A stretch of DNA of 64,000 bases from Octopus vulgaris. Its lineage: Eukaryota. The translations under genes were made by a program, and so were the position numbers. Below, one piece after another: positions 25,497-39,866 of this stretch; the stretch's first letter is position 1, and each line of letters opens with the position of its first letter. Location: positions 50,778,001 to 50,842,000 of the forward strand of contig OX597827.1 of the NCBI GenBank assembly GCA_951406725.2, given 5' to 3'. Below the pieces are notes generated by a model. The model did no database searches, was not told where the DNA came from, and saw only the letters and a program-made list of their open reading frames with translations.

Positions 25497-27216
25497 CACC
25501 TCACTGTCTGATGTTTTGCGTTCTTGTCCCATTTTTGTATTTTTTATATATAAAAATTTGCGGCGTACGTACACTTTGGTCTCTTACATATATATATATA
25601 TATATAAAATACGTTGTTTACTGGTTTACTGTCTGAAAAATAGATGGGATAGTTATGGCTGGAACGTTGACGTGCGATGTGCTAGATACAGCAGCGATAT
25701 GTTCCCAAAATCATACTTTACTGTCTTATAAATGAAGGACAATGATGCCGCTCTAGGTACGGGATGGTCTTCAGAATGTTTAGAAAGTCGCTGATTCTAG
25801 GTCCACTTGAACAACATCAGTATTATAATGATATTACGTGTTGTTCAGTGTTGAAGAATTGATCACCCTTCTGACTGCAAATGCAGGAACGCTGTTGAAA
25901 CACGAAATTCTAAAGCAATATTAGAATTGCACTTGGTTTTTCTTTCTTTCTTTTTTTTTGTAATTGTTGTTGTTATTTATTATTCGGCTTCGATCAACTG
26001 TTATTGGATAGGCATATGATCTGGACTATCCTGTCGTTTCGTATACCTAGGAATACATTGTCCAATGTGTTCATGATTTAAAGTAATAGATTTGAGGGGA
26101 TTGCACTGTCATGTTTAGCATATTAAGCGACCATGCGGGGCCTCTGTTTTAGTCTTGTAATTACTGGCGTTTTATGTATGAAGGAGAAACTCAATGAAGC
26201 CCTTGCAGTTATATCCAAAACGAGAAATAACTTATCACAATGAAGAAGCAATCAATGGAAGTTTGCGTTTATGTTCAAGCATTCAATGTGTTACACAAAT
26301 AGAAAATATGAGAAGTGTTTACTCCGTTTTCTTTCTTTCACGAAGAATTATCACTTGACCATCTCCAACTTCATAAGTTTGACGATTTACTCATCGAATT
26401 GTCCTAATTTCGCTTTTATCTATTTCAAGCTGAGGGGGAAGATTCTTTCTATTTATTTATTTACTTTTTTGTTTGTTTTTTTGCCACAGACAGCAAATTT
26501 TCTCTGTGCACTGGAAATCAATCTATTCTGAATACATTGATTCATTAAAGATAGCAGTAACTCTATATATTTTAGCAGCAGTTATCAGACACAGTTTATT
26601 GATACTTTAGCAGATTTGCTGAAGATGTTTGACAAAAATTTTTATAGAATGCTGAGATGGAAGATTGCCAACGAATCTCTGTCTTGCTTTTACTATATTA
26701 ATTGCCGTTTTTGCTATTGTTGCTGCTACTGCAGTTGCTTAACACCAGGTTATCCCTGACAGAACAAGCCTATGATCAAAAGAGTCCCATTTTACAGGTA
26801 TCTAAGGCTATATTATTGAGTGTGTCATTTCTTTAGACGTTGGAGTGTGAGTTGCTTGACGATGTCTAATGAGTTATGGATATGGCGACAAAGATAAAGC
26901 AAACAGTGTAAGTGGATAAAGCTTAACGAAGTGACAGCTTCTGCAAACATTGTACTGACTTTGAAATTATTGATGTATAATTACGAATTCTGAAAAAGTT
27001 AATGGAACTTATGAAAGTAGATGTAGCTGCAAGGATTAGTACTGACAAATTAATTGCGATGATCCGTAAAGTGATCAAAGTGTTTGTTTGAGTGGTGTTC
27101 TTTCATAACGGAATAAGATATGAGGAATCTGTAATTTTAGCAAAAGTTATGCGGGGAACAATCTAAGCATATGAAGCAAATCTGCGGGAATTAAATGTAG
27201 CCAAGAAATAAGTGTA

Positions 27217-27399
27217 TCAAATGGGTATGGTGACAAGTTGGCTAGACATACGTAGTAGTGTGCTTCGAATGTACTCCAGTAAGCGCTCGGCAAGGCGTCG
27301 GCCTGTTTTCCCAATATTAAGAGCGCCGCAAAGTTTACAAATGATAAAATACATTAGATTGGAAAATTTGCAACAGAAGTTCTCAGTAATATGATACAG
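27217..27399 (-). pseudogene. PLE GIY-YIG endonuclease fragment
   Basis: Minus strand [46 protein letters not shown] corresponds to F.C...N.IY.I.C..C...YIG.TGR.L..R..EH.RS. No start codon, so absent from the ORF track. Confidence 0.82.
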
Positions 27400-27468
27400 T
27401 TATCGTCACCAACACGTCGCCACACTTCTACACAACAGGCCATTTTATTGAATTATCGGTGAGCAGCA

Positions 27469-27593
<125 letters not shown>

Positions 27594-27810
27594 GGGGGTA
27601 TGCAAAGTATGGCGGTGTAGATTCACAGGTGATCTAAACGCTTAGGTATGCTAGGTAAGTGCTGTAACGGATTACTGGGGCTCCAAGATGGTAGACGAGA
27701 CGGTAGTTATGAAGCCATTGCAGATATCCGATGCAGCGAATATATAATTGTTAAACAGGACAGTAAACATCTCAAGTTGTATACAATATTATTTTAAGAA
27801 GATATTGACA

Positions 27811-27866
27811 ATCTTACAGCTGTTTCTGTGATATCCCCGAGTATGGGATATTCCGACATTAGAGAC
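27811..27866 (-). ncRNA. Degenerate hammerhead motif in a (TA)n-bounded island (27592-27957)
   Basis: Minus strand: gtct CTAATGT ...ATATCCC-atactcg-GGGATAT... GAAACAGCTGTA agat. Palindromic ACAGCTGT and stem I gtct/agat are present, but the core has two substitutions relative to CTGATGA. Confidence 0.55.
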
Positions 27867-27953
27867 AAAATGGGAGAAAAAATAGTGAAAATGGGAATGT
27901 TATATTAACGACATAGAGGAAGCGTAAGTCCTTAGGCGCATTCCTACCTATGT

Positions 27954-28023
<70 letters not shown>

Positions 28024-28071
28024 TTAAAATTACTAAGTCTCTATAAAAGAGATTACGGCAGCGTTTACTGG

Positions 28072-28197
28072 AAATTAATTGTTATCGCCATATTAATATG
28101 GCATTCTTATAAATATAAGAATAATCGCTGCCGCTGGTCAGCTCCATGGTCAGCTTATATTTATAAGAATGCCATATTAATATGGCGATAACAATTA

Positions 28198-28201
<4 letters not shown>
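28072..28201. repeat. Perfect 48-bp inverted repeat with 34-nt spacer
   Basis: 28072-28119 is the exact reverse complement of 28154-28201; each arm contains the palindrome gccatattaatatggc. Confidence 0.95.
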
Positions 28202-28269
<68 letters not shown>

Positions 28270-28354
28270 AATGGATAATAAAACGAATTGTAGTTTACTG
28301 GTAAAGCAACGAAATATACCTCCACATCTCGGCAACAACTGCATATCCGTCTAT

Positions 28355-28630
28355 CACCTTATTTTGTGATTTAGGGGGGATTTTTGAAAAACAAGGGAGA
28401 ATTCGCAGCGGTATTTAGTGAACAAATTAAACACACTACCCAGAAGTGGCTAAAACGCGAGCCGATCAAATTTATGTATAAATTTTCTTTTTATAGTTTG
28501 TATCCTTTCACACAATATTAAAACAACGGTTAAAATTTTTCTGAAGCAGCATCACCACTAATTTTATCTACGAGTCGCCAGTGGTTTGTGTGTACGTGAA
28601 AAGTTGTTTTTATATACATACAATTGAGTG
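28355..28630 (+). repeat. ~280-bp direct repeat, copy 1 (copy 2 at 30504-30783)
   Basis: caccttattttgtgatt...cagaagtggctaaaacgcga...ctacgagtcgccagtgg; both copies are followed by (TG)n. Confidence 0.9.
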
Positions 28631-28655
28631 TGTGTGTGTGTGTGTGTGTGTGTAT

Positions 28656-28934
28656 GAATATCTGTCTATATATGTTTATATGTGTGTGTAGATAGACATG
28701 TATGTATGTATGTATGTATGTATGTATGTATGTATGTATGTTATGTATGTAGGTATGTAAGTATGTATACGTGTGTGTGTGTGTGTATGTGTGTGTGTGT
28801 GTGTGTGTGTGAATATCTGTCTATATATGTTTATATGTGTGTGTAGATAGACATGTATGTATGTATGTATGTATGTATGTATGTATGTATATATGTATGT
28901 ATGTATGTATGTATGTAGGTAGATAGGTATGTAT

Positions 28935-28973
<39 letters not shown>

Positions 28974-28978
28974 TGTGT

Positions 28979-29010
<32 letters not shown>
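28656..29010. repeat. Tandemly duplicated compound microsatellite block (~155-bp period)
   Basis: gaatatctgtctatatatgtttatatgtgtgtgtagatagacatg at 28656 and 28811. Confidence 0.85.
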
Positions 29011-29014
<4 letters not shown>

Positions 29015-29574
29015 ATGTGTATATGAATGCGAGTAATGAGTTAACAAGGGATACAAAGACTGCTCAGCTGGTCGAGTTAGTTTTGCTGTTGTTATTGAAT
29101 GTGTATTAGTTGGGGCGTTTTCAGTTGAATGTGAAGCGTTTTCAGTTAGAAAGACGAGATACTGTACATTTTCCAATGAATGAATTACATCAATACTAAT
29201 CGAAAAATAAGCCAATAATAAAGACTATAAACATTATAAATAATGTTTCTTAAAAACAAAACATTCCGAAACAATGTACATCAAAATACTCCAGCGTAGG
29301 CACTGAACAAAGCTCTACTTTAAATCATTTATCAGTTCGCGCTTCAAAATAGTCCATAGTGTTCTACACTTGTTCACCACGTATGTTATGTTTGTTTGCG
29401 AAACATCAACAAACGTATGTATTTAGAGATATCTACAGAACTGAAGTAGTCGTGTTGTTCGTGTTTCAATGTTTTTGCTTATTGGTGTACTTATACATAA
29501 CATCACTTCCACTACTTATATACAGTGAAAGTTTAGTATACGAAGTGTGTATATGCATGTGAGTTGCGTTTATA

Positions 29575-29997
29575 TACTCTTTTACTCTCTCTCTCTCTCT
29601 CTCTTTTACTTGTTTCAGTCATCTGACTGCGGCCATGCTGGAGCACCGCCTTTAGTCGAACAAATCGACCCCGGGACTTATTCTTTGTAAGCCCAGTACT
29701 TATTCTATCGCTCTCTTTTGCCGAACCGCTAAGTGACGGCGACGTAAACACACCAGCATCGGTTTGCAAGCGATGCTAGGGGGACAAACATAGACACACA
29801 AACATACACAGACACATATATATATATATACATATATACGACGGGCTTCTTTCAGTTTCCGTCTACCAAATCCGCTCACAAGGCTTTGGTCGGCCCGAGG
29901 CTATAGTAGAAGACACCAGCCCAAGATGCCACGCAGTGGGACTGAACCCGGAACCATGTGGTTGGTAAGCAAGCTATTTACCACACAGCCACTCCTG
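29575..29997 (-). mobile_element. SINE family A, near full length
   Basis: Reverse complement of family A. Confidence 0.92.
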
Positions 29998-30503
29998 TGT
30001 ATATGATATGTGTATGATATGGCTATATATGTGTATGTGTCAGTAGCGGCTCGTGTATAGGCACAGCGGAACTACAGCACCCCCCCATTTCCGCTCGATA
30101 TTATCGATAACATTCAATATAATGAGTCCTTTTGTCTTTAATTCTTTCTTTATACTTGTACATTATATAATCCTTAAGCTTAATGTCAATAGCTATCCCT
30201 TAGTTTATGAAAAAAATACAAAAATTCTTATATAGAACTGTGCGCTTCACAGTTCCAGCGATGAGGTGTTTGGCTGTTGTGCGCATGCTCACATATCCGA
30301 GATAGGAAGCTTCACGCTAGGGAGAGACAGCACTGTCGTTCATGCAGTGACAACTCCTGTGTGCCGCTGAAAGGTAGTGTTTCTTTTGACTCCGTGTGTG
30401 TTGTGCTTAAAAACATATTTATATTGTTTAATGTGATAAAGTGTAGAATTAGATTATTATCTTACTTCTAGCTTCAGTATTGCTGCCTGGATTTGAAATA
30501 TCC

Positions 30504-30776
30504 CACCTTATTTTGTGATTTAACGGGTTTTTTTTTTAAAAAACAAGGGGGAATTTGCGGCAGTGTTCAGTGAACAAATTAAACACACTACTCAGAAGTG
30601 GCTAAAACGCGATCCGATCGAATTTATGTATAAATATTCTTTTTATAGTTTGTTTCCTTTCACACAATATCAAAATAACAGCTACAAATTTTCTGAAGCA
30701 CAATCACCACTAATTTTATCTACGAGTCGCCAGTGGTATGTGTGTACGTGTAAATTTGTTTTAATATTCATACAAA

Positions 30777-30783
<7 letters not shown>
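30504..30783 (+). repeat. ~280-bp direct repeat, copy 2
   Basis: Homologous to 28355-28630. Confidence 0.9.
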
Positions 30784-30840
<57 letters not shown>

Positions 30841-30846
30841 TGTGTG

Positions 30847-30920
<74 letters not shown>

Positions 30921-32839
30921 GTTTATATGTATGTGCAGATAGACAGATAGTGATAGAAAGGCAAACAGATTGATAGATGGATATGCAATTGTTACCGAGA
31001 TGGGGAGATATATTTTATGCTTGTATATTTAACTAACGTAGCGTTGTAATTTCTCTTTGAAGTGATACTAATAAAGATGTTTCAGTCATCGTGAATTCAT
31101 CCTTTCTTATTCCTTGCTGAACACTCCTCAGTGACACTTGTTAAAAACAAAGTTTTTATTCTCAATTCGAAAGAGCTTATCATTCGATGTAACCATGACA
31201 CCTTTAGTATAGATTCTTCATAAAATGTTCCTACACCTTCCAAACGATATAACTGCCACTTCTAAAAAGATCAAAGTCGAATCGAAGACACTTAAAATTA
31301 CTTATGAATAAGTTTTGCAATAAATGTGCTTCAGCTACTTTCTTGCATGAATAAAAATTCCACACGTTATTTCCCTATTTTTATACTTTTGCACTAAAAT
31401 ACAAATGTTTCAGAATAACAACTCTTCAATGCGAATTTGATATTGTTCTGCTTTTCAAGTAACACAACGTATGTAGTCTCTTAAAATGCTTGTAGGCTGT
31501 TACGTCAGTAACAACAGTCTTAGTAACAGCAACCAAGCGTGGAGATTCCTCGCAGGTTTTATACGGTAAAACATTTGTAAGTACTGATTCGTATGATTTG
31601 GAAAGTTGTATACGTATGTATTTGACAGTTGAGGTCATATTGATAGCAGAAATAAATTCAAGCAGAAATGGTGCGCAATGTCAAGAAAAGATTTGTAAAA
31701 TGTTTTTTACTGTCGTCTGCTTTGTGCTGGAACCGTAGTTATTGGTTTTCTTTTTATATGTACGGGTGGGTATATTACATTTCATTGCTGTTTTACTACT
31801 TTTTACTGCAACATAGATACATAATTACACAGCGATTTTTTTTTCTCTGTTTCAATCTTATATGATATATTAATTGTCACGAGATGATAATAAAGATATA
31901 TCTTTCGGTAGGCAACAGCTAGGCAATTCACAATACTTTTTCAAAGGATAACAGTGGTTGAAGAAGAAACGTAAACTAACATAAAGCCATCAATAGCAAT
32001 ATAAATAGTGGCATCAATAATTTTAGCTTCACAACCGAGCCAATTCATAAGAATGAAAAGTTGAATACGATGGCAAGATGGATGTAATATTCAAGAAATA
32101 GATCCATAAGTTAGAAAAAAAGAAATACTAATATACGTGCCATTGGTCAAACACACACACACACACGTACAAATACACGCTCGCGCCACTACACCACCAA
32201 TACCAATATCGTTTTCAGCACTAGCATCCAAAACAGTTATCACATGAGTCAATAAGTGGTTGTTCGATCTGCTAAAAATAACAGTCAGATCTCTTTCAAA
32301 TTACACCCACTGCCTTAAAATAAGGACACGTTGGTTCTGGGTGTATTGTGCATGGGAAAGAATCGTATGGTCATGGATGGAATGCCTGCTTGTTCAAAGT
32401 TGAGCCGAGGTTAAATAACACCAGCAAATCAAATACTGGAAAGCTATTAAGTTGGCAAAATTTGTCTTTTTTTTTTGTTTTTTATTTTTTACTATTCTTA
32501 TATTTTCATTATCAGAGACCACAATATAGCACGAGTCAAATTTATAAATAAATGTAAATATAGTTAATAGAATTGTGAACAAAGTTGTAGACTCAAGTCC
32601 AGTGATATGAATTTCAGTTATAGTGTTACCATTCCTACTGTTCTTGCGGAGTCATTAGTTATGGTGTGGTTCATGTCTTCTTACGTGTATTACCTTCAAA
32701 AACATTCTTTAAAACTGTAGCTACTAAATGCAATATGAACTGATTGAAAGAGCTAGGAATCTCAGTTATGTCATAATTAAATCGTCCGCACTTATAGGCG
32801 AAATGGCTATGCTATGTCAGAACAGTATTTCCCAACTTT

Positions 32840-33072
32840 AAGGCGGTCAGCTGGCAGAAACGTTAGCACGCCGGGCGAAATGCTTAGCGGTATTTCGTCT
32901 GCTGTTACGTTCTGAGTTCAAATTCCGCCGAGGTCGACTTTGCCTTTCATCCTTTCGGGGTCGATAACTTAAGTACCAGTTAGGCACTGGGGTCAATGTA
33001 ATCGACTTAATACCTATGTCTGTCCTTGTTTGTCCCCTCTGTGTTTGGCCCGTTGTGGGTAGTAAAGAAATA
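32840..33072 (+). mobile_element. SINE family B, full length, 16-bp TSD
   Basis: TSD agtatttcccaacttt at 32824-32839 and 33073-33088. Confidence 0.93.
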
Positions 33073-34222
33073 AGTATTTCCCAACTTTTTCACTACTAAG
33101 TAGCTAATTTATGTAAATGAATTTTCTCTAGACCCCCAAGTTTTTGAAATGTCTGTCAGCTCAACAAATTTTAAACTGAGTTCACGGACCTCCAATACTT
33201 TCCTTGCGATTGGTTGGTAATAGTAGTCTCTCGCTAGTTTAGACAGCAGTTCATTGACTGTTATTTCAACAAACCAAAATATGTTTAAATATGTTTATAC
33301 ATGGCGCAGATTAGGAGTTCGATCTTTCTCTACCACACTTTTGGGCTACAATAGCCTAAGGTTGCAATGCTTTGTATTACATTTGGTTAACGGAGAACTT
33401 TGAGGAGGTGCTCCTTATATGCACATACATTTAACTTTAGCATACTACAAATAAATCAGAAAATATAACGGCTATAGGTTTGAAGATAAAATGTGTTTTC
33501 TTTTTTCAAAAGCAAAATGAAAGAACTAGAAGGAACCAATGTTAGATAGAGGCAGTTAGAAATAAATATCAATGAAAGGAGGTTAGTTGTACGCAAAGTG
33601 GCAGGTAAAGTGGGCTGGTGAGACAGGGCTAGGCATTAAGACAGATTGAAATAACTAAACTGGCAACTAACAGGAAGAGTTGGAAAAAAAGATCTTGATG
33701 TCAGTTGGAGTAATTCTTAGAGAGGAAATAAAGAAAGAGAGAATGAAAGAAGGTGTGAATGTAAATAAATGTACACTCAAGAGACTTAGAAAGAAAAGGT
33801 GAGAAGGATAAAATAAATGAAATGTTTTTGTGATGTTTTGGTTTTTCAAAGCTTTGGTAAACAAATAAATAAATAAATAAATAAGTGTATTCAAATTATC
33901 ATTAATGTCACCAATACCACAGTCCTACGGCTATCAGAGAAATTCAGTACTACTTTTCGAAATGGAAAAGTGAGAAGGTTTTTCTTTTATTTTCAAGATG
34001 CTGGTGAACTTTCTTGATGCATTTTCAATTAATGTTTTACCTTAAAGCTAAAGAGGAAATGGTACAGCAAAAATACAATTCAATGAAATTATAGTTTGAG
34101 AAGATATTTTACTGGTGAATGGCTGCGGAGTTGTTTGAAAACGTTAAATATTTAGCTAAGTTCATTACAAAAAAAAATACCTTGAATAAGCGTGTAAGTA
34201 TATATGCATGCGTTTGTAGACG

Positions 34223-34360
<138 letters not shown>

Positions 34361-34374
34361 TATTATTCTTTAAC

Positions 34375-34570
34375 TTTTTGCTTCTTTCACTCATTTGACG
34401 GCGACCAAGCGGAGCACCACCCTGAGAAGTTTAATCGGCTAAATCGACCCACCACTTATTTTATATCTGTTTACGCATTCAGCCAATCTTTTTTCTGAAC
34501 TGCAGATTACGGTGACATAAACAAAGCAACATCGGCTGTAAAACTTCGAAGGACAAACACACAATAACAC
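34375..34570 (-). mobile_element. Degenerate SINE family A 3' half
   Basis: tttcactcatttgacggcgaccaagcggagcaccacc...ggacaaacac resembles the reverse-complement tail. Confidence 0.65.
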
Positions 34571-34671
34571 ATATGCACGCGCACACACATATGCACACAT
34601 GCATATATATATGCATACAAACATGGAGACATACACAATTAAATGCACAAATGCACACACACACATACGTG

Positions 34672-34725
<54 letters not shown>

Positions 34726-34733
34726 TGTATATG

Positions 34734-34839
<106 letters not shown>

Positions 34840-35059
34840 TGTATGTATGTATGTATGTATGTATATATTAGATATTAGATATTAGATATTAGCTATATCT
34901 ATTTATGCGTTTATCGAATCCAAAATTCTAATACTGAACTTAATCCATTTAGAATGCAAAGTAAAAAAAATCAGACTAATCTGCAACCCTTAAAATATTT
35001 TTCTTGCCAAGAGCAACAACAATTCACCCTGAATTCATGATATCACACGCACACATGAG

Positions 35060-35760
35060 CTGAAAAGTCATTTCACTCAACCCTCCCATATGTTAATATA
35101 TATTTTTTCTCTGAAATAGTAAATGCTTATGTATTATACCTAAGAGATTTTAATGATAAGTCACAAAGATAACAAACATTTTAACGAAAATACAGAAAAA
35201 ACAAGCTGTAGTTGCACTGAAAATCCCGTTACTTCAGAATCAAAAATAAATTGAAGAAATCATGCGAATACAAATGAAAACGGAAATAGAAGCACAAACA
35301 TAAAATTGGCCTAAACTTCTAGCTATGACGGAGGTGAGAAGTTTGAATAGTACTATTCAAACTTCTCACCTCCGTCATAGGAAAATGCCTTGGTGATGCA
35401 TTGATATACTACACCAAAATCTTTTTAACAGATGATATACAGAGAAGCTGCATTTTAACAGCCAGTTGGTTTATAATCCGATATATACAACACCGAATTC
35501 GTTTTACGACATCCAGTGTACAAGAACCCTACACCATCGGCTGAATATATCGGATGGCTTAAAATCAAAGTGAACAAAAGTGTAACAATAGATTTCATTG
35601 GTCTGTCATTGTAAATACCACACAATACACACCAATGATTTAAACAAGTACCGCTTCTGCCAAGCAGTGGAATCTAACTTACTCACAACGGATTGTATAC
35701 TATTACATAAGATCACTGAATTGTTCTCAAAATTCAACCTAAAGATCAGTTCTTGTTGAG
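35060..35760 (+). pseudogene. Old PLE fossil (WFNPP-type thumb, linker and GIY-YIG C-terminus)
   Basis: Fragments KVISLNPPI, HFNENTEKTSCSCTEN, GKCLGDALIY, RHPVYKNPTPSAEYIGWLKIK, FHWSVIVN, RFCQ, LLHKITELFSK appear in the expected order across frameshifts. Confidence 0.65.
35323..35380. repeat. Perfect 58-bp spacerless palindrome
   Basis: ctatgacggaggtgagaagtttgaatagt|actattcaaacttctcacctccgtcatag. Confidence 0.97.
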
Positions 35761-36000
35761 ACAGTTTCAGTTATTGACGATTAAATCTCTAGATCTTGAC
35801 GAATCGATCACCAACGAAAAAATAATCAAAAGCAATTTTATATTTAAATAAACTATCACAAAAACTATTTCAAAATCCTTCTAATACCATCGTAATATCA
35901 TCTTTATACATACCACCACAAATCTAGGCATGTATTTATATGTGTGTATACACACACAGATATATATATATATTTTCTCTCTCAGCTTATTTCTGTATTC

Positions 36001-36036
36001 CTTTCTATTGAAGAGCGTAGGTTCGAAACGTAAAAG
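36001..36036 (+). ncRNA. Degenerate minimal hammerhead-like motif
   Basis: cttt CTATTGA a GAGC-gtag-GTTC GAAACGTA aaag. Type-I topology with stem I cttt/aaag, but the core deviates at G5 and A6. Confidence 0.45.
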
Positions 36037-36944
36037 ACTTTCTCACTTCCCGAGCATTAAACTAATACATATGTTTGTATTTACACACCACGTCTGTTTT
36101 CAGTCTGTTCCTGTATTGTGGTCCTATACAATCGGAATGTAAGTGCGATCTATACTTAGATCTGGCAATGTTTGAATTACTAAGACGGTATTAATTTCGT
36201 GTGACTCAGATAAAGTTGGGGTGCGCGCGCGTATATGTGAGTGAGTATTAAATTGGTGGGATAATAAAATTGTAATAGCTTTTTTACATATATGTGGGTG
36301 ACTGAATATGTATTGATGATTGAAATTGTCACAACTATAATCTTCGCATGTTCAGAAATTATTTTACCTTGAATTTTTTTTTTTTTTACCTTTTTTTAAA
36401 AAGGTAAAATAATTGTATACATGGTTTGTAGGTGTGGTCTATCAATGCAGTATTTCGTACTCTTTGAAATTGTTATGATCTGCTAGAGAGAGAGATTACT
36501 GATCCATGCAGGATTGAGATAATTCATAATGTGTCAACTGGGTCGTTTCGTACATGGTTTTCTTTCCTCGAGTAATTTCACAAATTCTTTAGTATAGTGC
36601 TTTTTATTTAAGTACAGTTGGAGTAGGACAGAAAGAGAAAACATAATTCCATCGTGTATCGTACCCCAGGAATAATATTGATTTCATTTTGCTGTTCATT
36701 TTATATTTAATTTTCAATGTAATTCTAAGTATTGAATGATGTTCGTCTATTTAGTTGTTTTCTTCTCACCTTTCAGCTACATCTATTCAGAACTCTTTTC
36801 GAAATGTTGACACCCCTGTATCTCATACGAAAGCATTTAACTTTATGTATACAGTGTGGGTGTGACCGAGTAGTTTAAGACGTTCACTCAGAAATTCCGA
36901 GGTCACCAGTTCGTTATCCTACTGCGTGAGCAAGTAGCATTTTT

Positions 36945-37083
36945 AGGAGCAGGCGTGGCTATGTGGTAAGAAGCTTGCTTCTCAACCACTGCGTAACACC
37001 TTGAGCACATGTCTTCCACTATAGCCTCGGGCCAACCATAACCTTGTGAGTGGATTTGGTAGACGGAAACTGAAAGAAGCCTG

Positions 37084-37156
<73 letters not shown>

Positions 37157-37345
37157 TTCGTGTTTCTGCTCCCCTTCACAACCTGTGCTAGTGTGTTTAC
37201 GTCCTTCGTAACTTAGTGGTTCGGCAAAAGAGACCGAATGAATAAGTATAAGGCTTAAGAAAATGTACTGGGGTCGATTCATTTACTAAAAATTTCTCCA
37301 AGGTGATGCCCCAGCATGGCCGCAGTCTAATGACTCAGACAAACA
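36945..37345 (+). mobile_element. SINE family A, older copy with internal deletion in the head
   Basis: Head, (TG)n and tail ggtgatgccccagcatggccgcagtctaatgact. Confidence 0.85.
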
Positions 37346-38059
37346 AAAAATATCACACACACACACGTGTATGTGAATGCATACACTCGAAACGCGACAG
37401 TTAAACCATTTAGGGCTCGGGTCTAAAGTTAATTGCATTAAGCTCACAAACTTCGCGTGTGCGCACAGGTTCATTGCAATCGAGAGTGGAATATGATGTA
37501 ATACAAAGAGCACAGCAATAATAAAAGGAAAGAACATGGGCTTTGACTTGGTATTCTGCGTTACACTATAAATGCAATCAGTTAAAACACCCTATTGGAA
37601 TGGTACACTAATACTTCGTCAAGTAACTGAAATAACATAACAAGTGACATACAAAGAGCAACCAAATTTAGACACCAAGGAGGCCAGAGAGAAAGGAGTA
37701 TGAGATGAATTAGGTAGGGATACCGAACCACATAACTACTGACTGAACTTCTGTTGTAAAGAAAGGGGTTAGTCGCTAGACGTAAAATGGAGGCGTAGAA
37801 CGGATTTACTTGAGAGGAGAGGATTGAGCGAGAATATAGCAGGGCGGTTGCTGTTTGTCTATCACATATTTCTATTTCAATTGCCTGATGCTGTATGTGC
37901 GTATCATGCCGGCCCTATAGAAATGCCTAAACTGATTGCAGCTACTTGTGACACCATATGTTGCAGAATACTGAAGCATATGTAACAGATGAAATAGCGG
38001 AGTGCCATGTTCTTTTTTCTTGTGTGTATGTGTATATATATATATATATATATATGTGT

Positions 38060-38320
38060 GTGAAACACGCGTTGAGTCGAAACAGGGGCAGTTGAAGAAG
38101 GGAAATATTCCTTGTGTTGGTTGTCTTGTACTCTGTTTTTTCGTTGTTAAAAAAAGTCCGTTTCTTTGTTTGGTTTTATGTTTTCGTTTCTCGTTGTGTT
38201 CTACGTTTATTTGTGATGTCCTGTACTCATATATGCATGTATATATACATATAGATGTAGGTATGTACATATATGTATGCATGTATGCATATGTTTTATT
38301 TATTATATTGTTATTATATA
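38060..38320. repeat. Repeat family D copy
   Basis: Homologous to 5190-5455. Confidence 0.8.
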
Positions 38321-39165
38321 TATATATATACACTACATATGTGGAAACCTGTGGGTGTGTTTGCTTGTGACGTTGTTATCTAACTCCTCCTACATCGTTT
38401 GATCGAGTTTGAGGAAACTTGACACGCGAATAGAACTCATGTCTGGAAAACTAGCGACATACTTAGATTGTTGAAAAAGCGATAATAGGGCCCCTGGAAG
38501 GGATTCTTATATCTACTACATATAACTGAAATATTATTTTTAAACATCAAAGGGAAATAACCCATTCATGTTCGTAAATTATTTCATATAAATCAAATTG
38601 AGTATGCTTGTTTCTTAGTATTTTAACTAATTTATCTAGTACAACGCTTAAACACGTAAATTGTATTTTCCTAAACAATAGATCCACTTATTTCGGTTAG
38701 TGACTTATCCACGAATATACCAACACTAGCGCCACTGAGGGTAATATTCTCTGCGAACGCACAAAAGCTTTTTTTCAGAGTTATTTACTTTGAATTATTA
38801 TTATCTCATATCTGATTAGCCTGTCATTATGTAACAGGCTTCACGATTTTAAAATACATACCTTATTAGTATTTCCTCCTAAGTTCTATATACTCTGGGA
38901 ACGTATTAAAGTCCTTTTCGGGGCTACTTTATTTGAATTCCTACTCTCGGGTAATTAATTTCCTGTTATCACATAACTGACTTCACAATTTGAGAATTCC
39001 TAAAAACAAGATCCTGTGTAAGACACTTCGGTATTCTCAATAAATGCACAAAAATCGTTTTAAGGCCTACATACTTTGTATTGTTGTTACTTGATTAACG
39101 AAACAATTATAAGAACGGAACCAAAGCATAAGCCCCGCTTTCCCGGGAATTACCGGATACGTCAG

Positions 39166-39246
<81 letters not shown>

Positions 39247-39659
39247 GTGTGTGTGAGTATGTATGTATGTATGTATGTATGTATGTATGTATGTATGCAT
39301 GCATGCAAAGATGGAAATGAAAACGCAGCTCATTTCATATCGAATACTTGGCAAATAACTTGAAATGCTTATGGTAAATTGGTTTTCGTAAGCTGATGAA
39401 AAAACTAAATTGAGTCACTTTTCTGACAGCGTAAAGTTTATGAAATCATTTACGATTATTTGTTGTCAAAGGATTATCGTTAGAGTCGCCGCCCACCCCA
39501 GTGGGGAATATTGTCGATCACAAAGAAATCCAAGCGAGTACTTGGGTTCCGCTTTCAATTTCCGATTGTCGCTGCTTCATTTATTTTATTCTGCCTTTGT
39601 AATAGACATAAACGCTCACAAGATCTCTACTTTTCTTTTCAAACTGCTAGCTTAAATAA

Positions 39660-39866
39660 TCTTTTCTACTATAAGCAGAAGGCCTAAAATTTGTCGAGTA
39701 GGGATTTGTCAATTACATCGACCCCACTGGTACATATTTTATCGACCCCGAAAGGCTGAAAGCCAAAGTCGACCTCGGCTAAATTTAAACTTAGAACATA
39801 ACGACAGACGAAATTCAACTAAACATTTTGTCCCGTGTGCTAACGTTCCTCCAGTTTGTCACCTTT
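39660..39866 (-). mobile_element. Degenerate SINE family B-related copy
   Basis: atcgaccccgaaaggctgaaagccaaagtcgacctcggc central domain plus decayed head. Confidence 0.8.
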
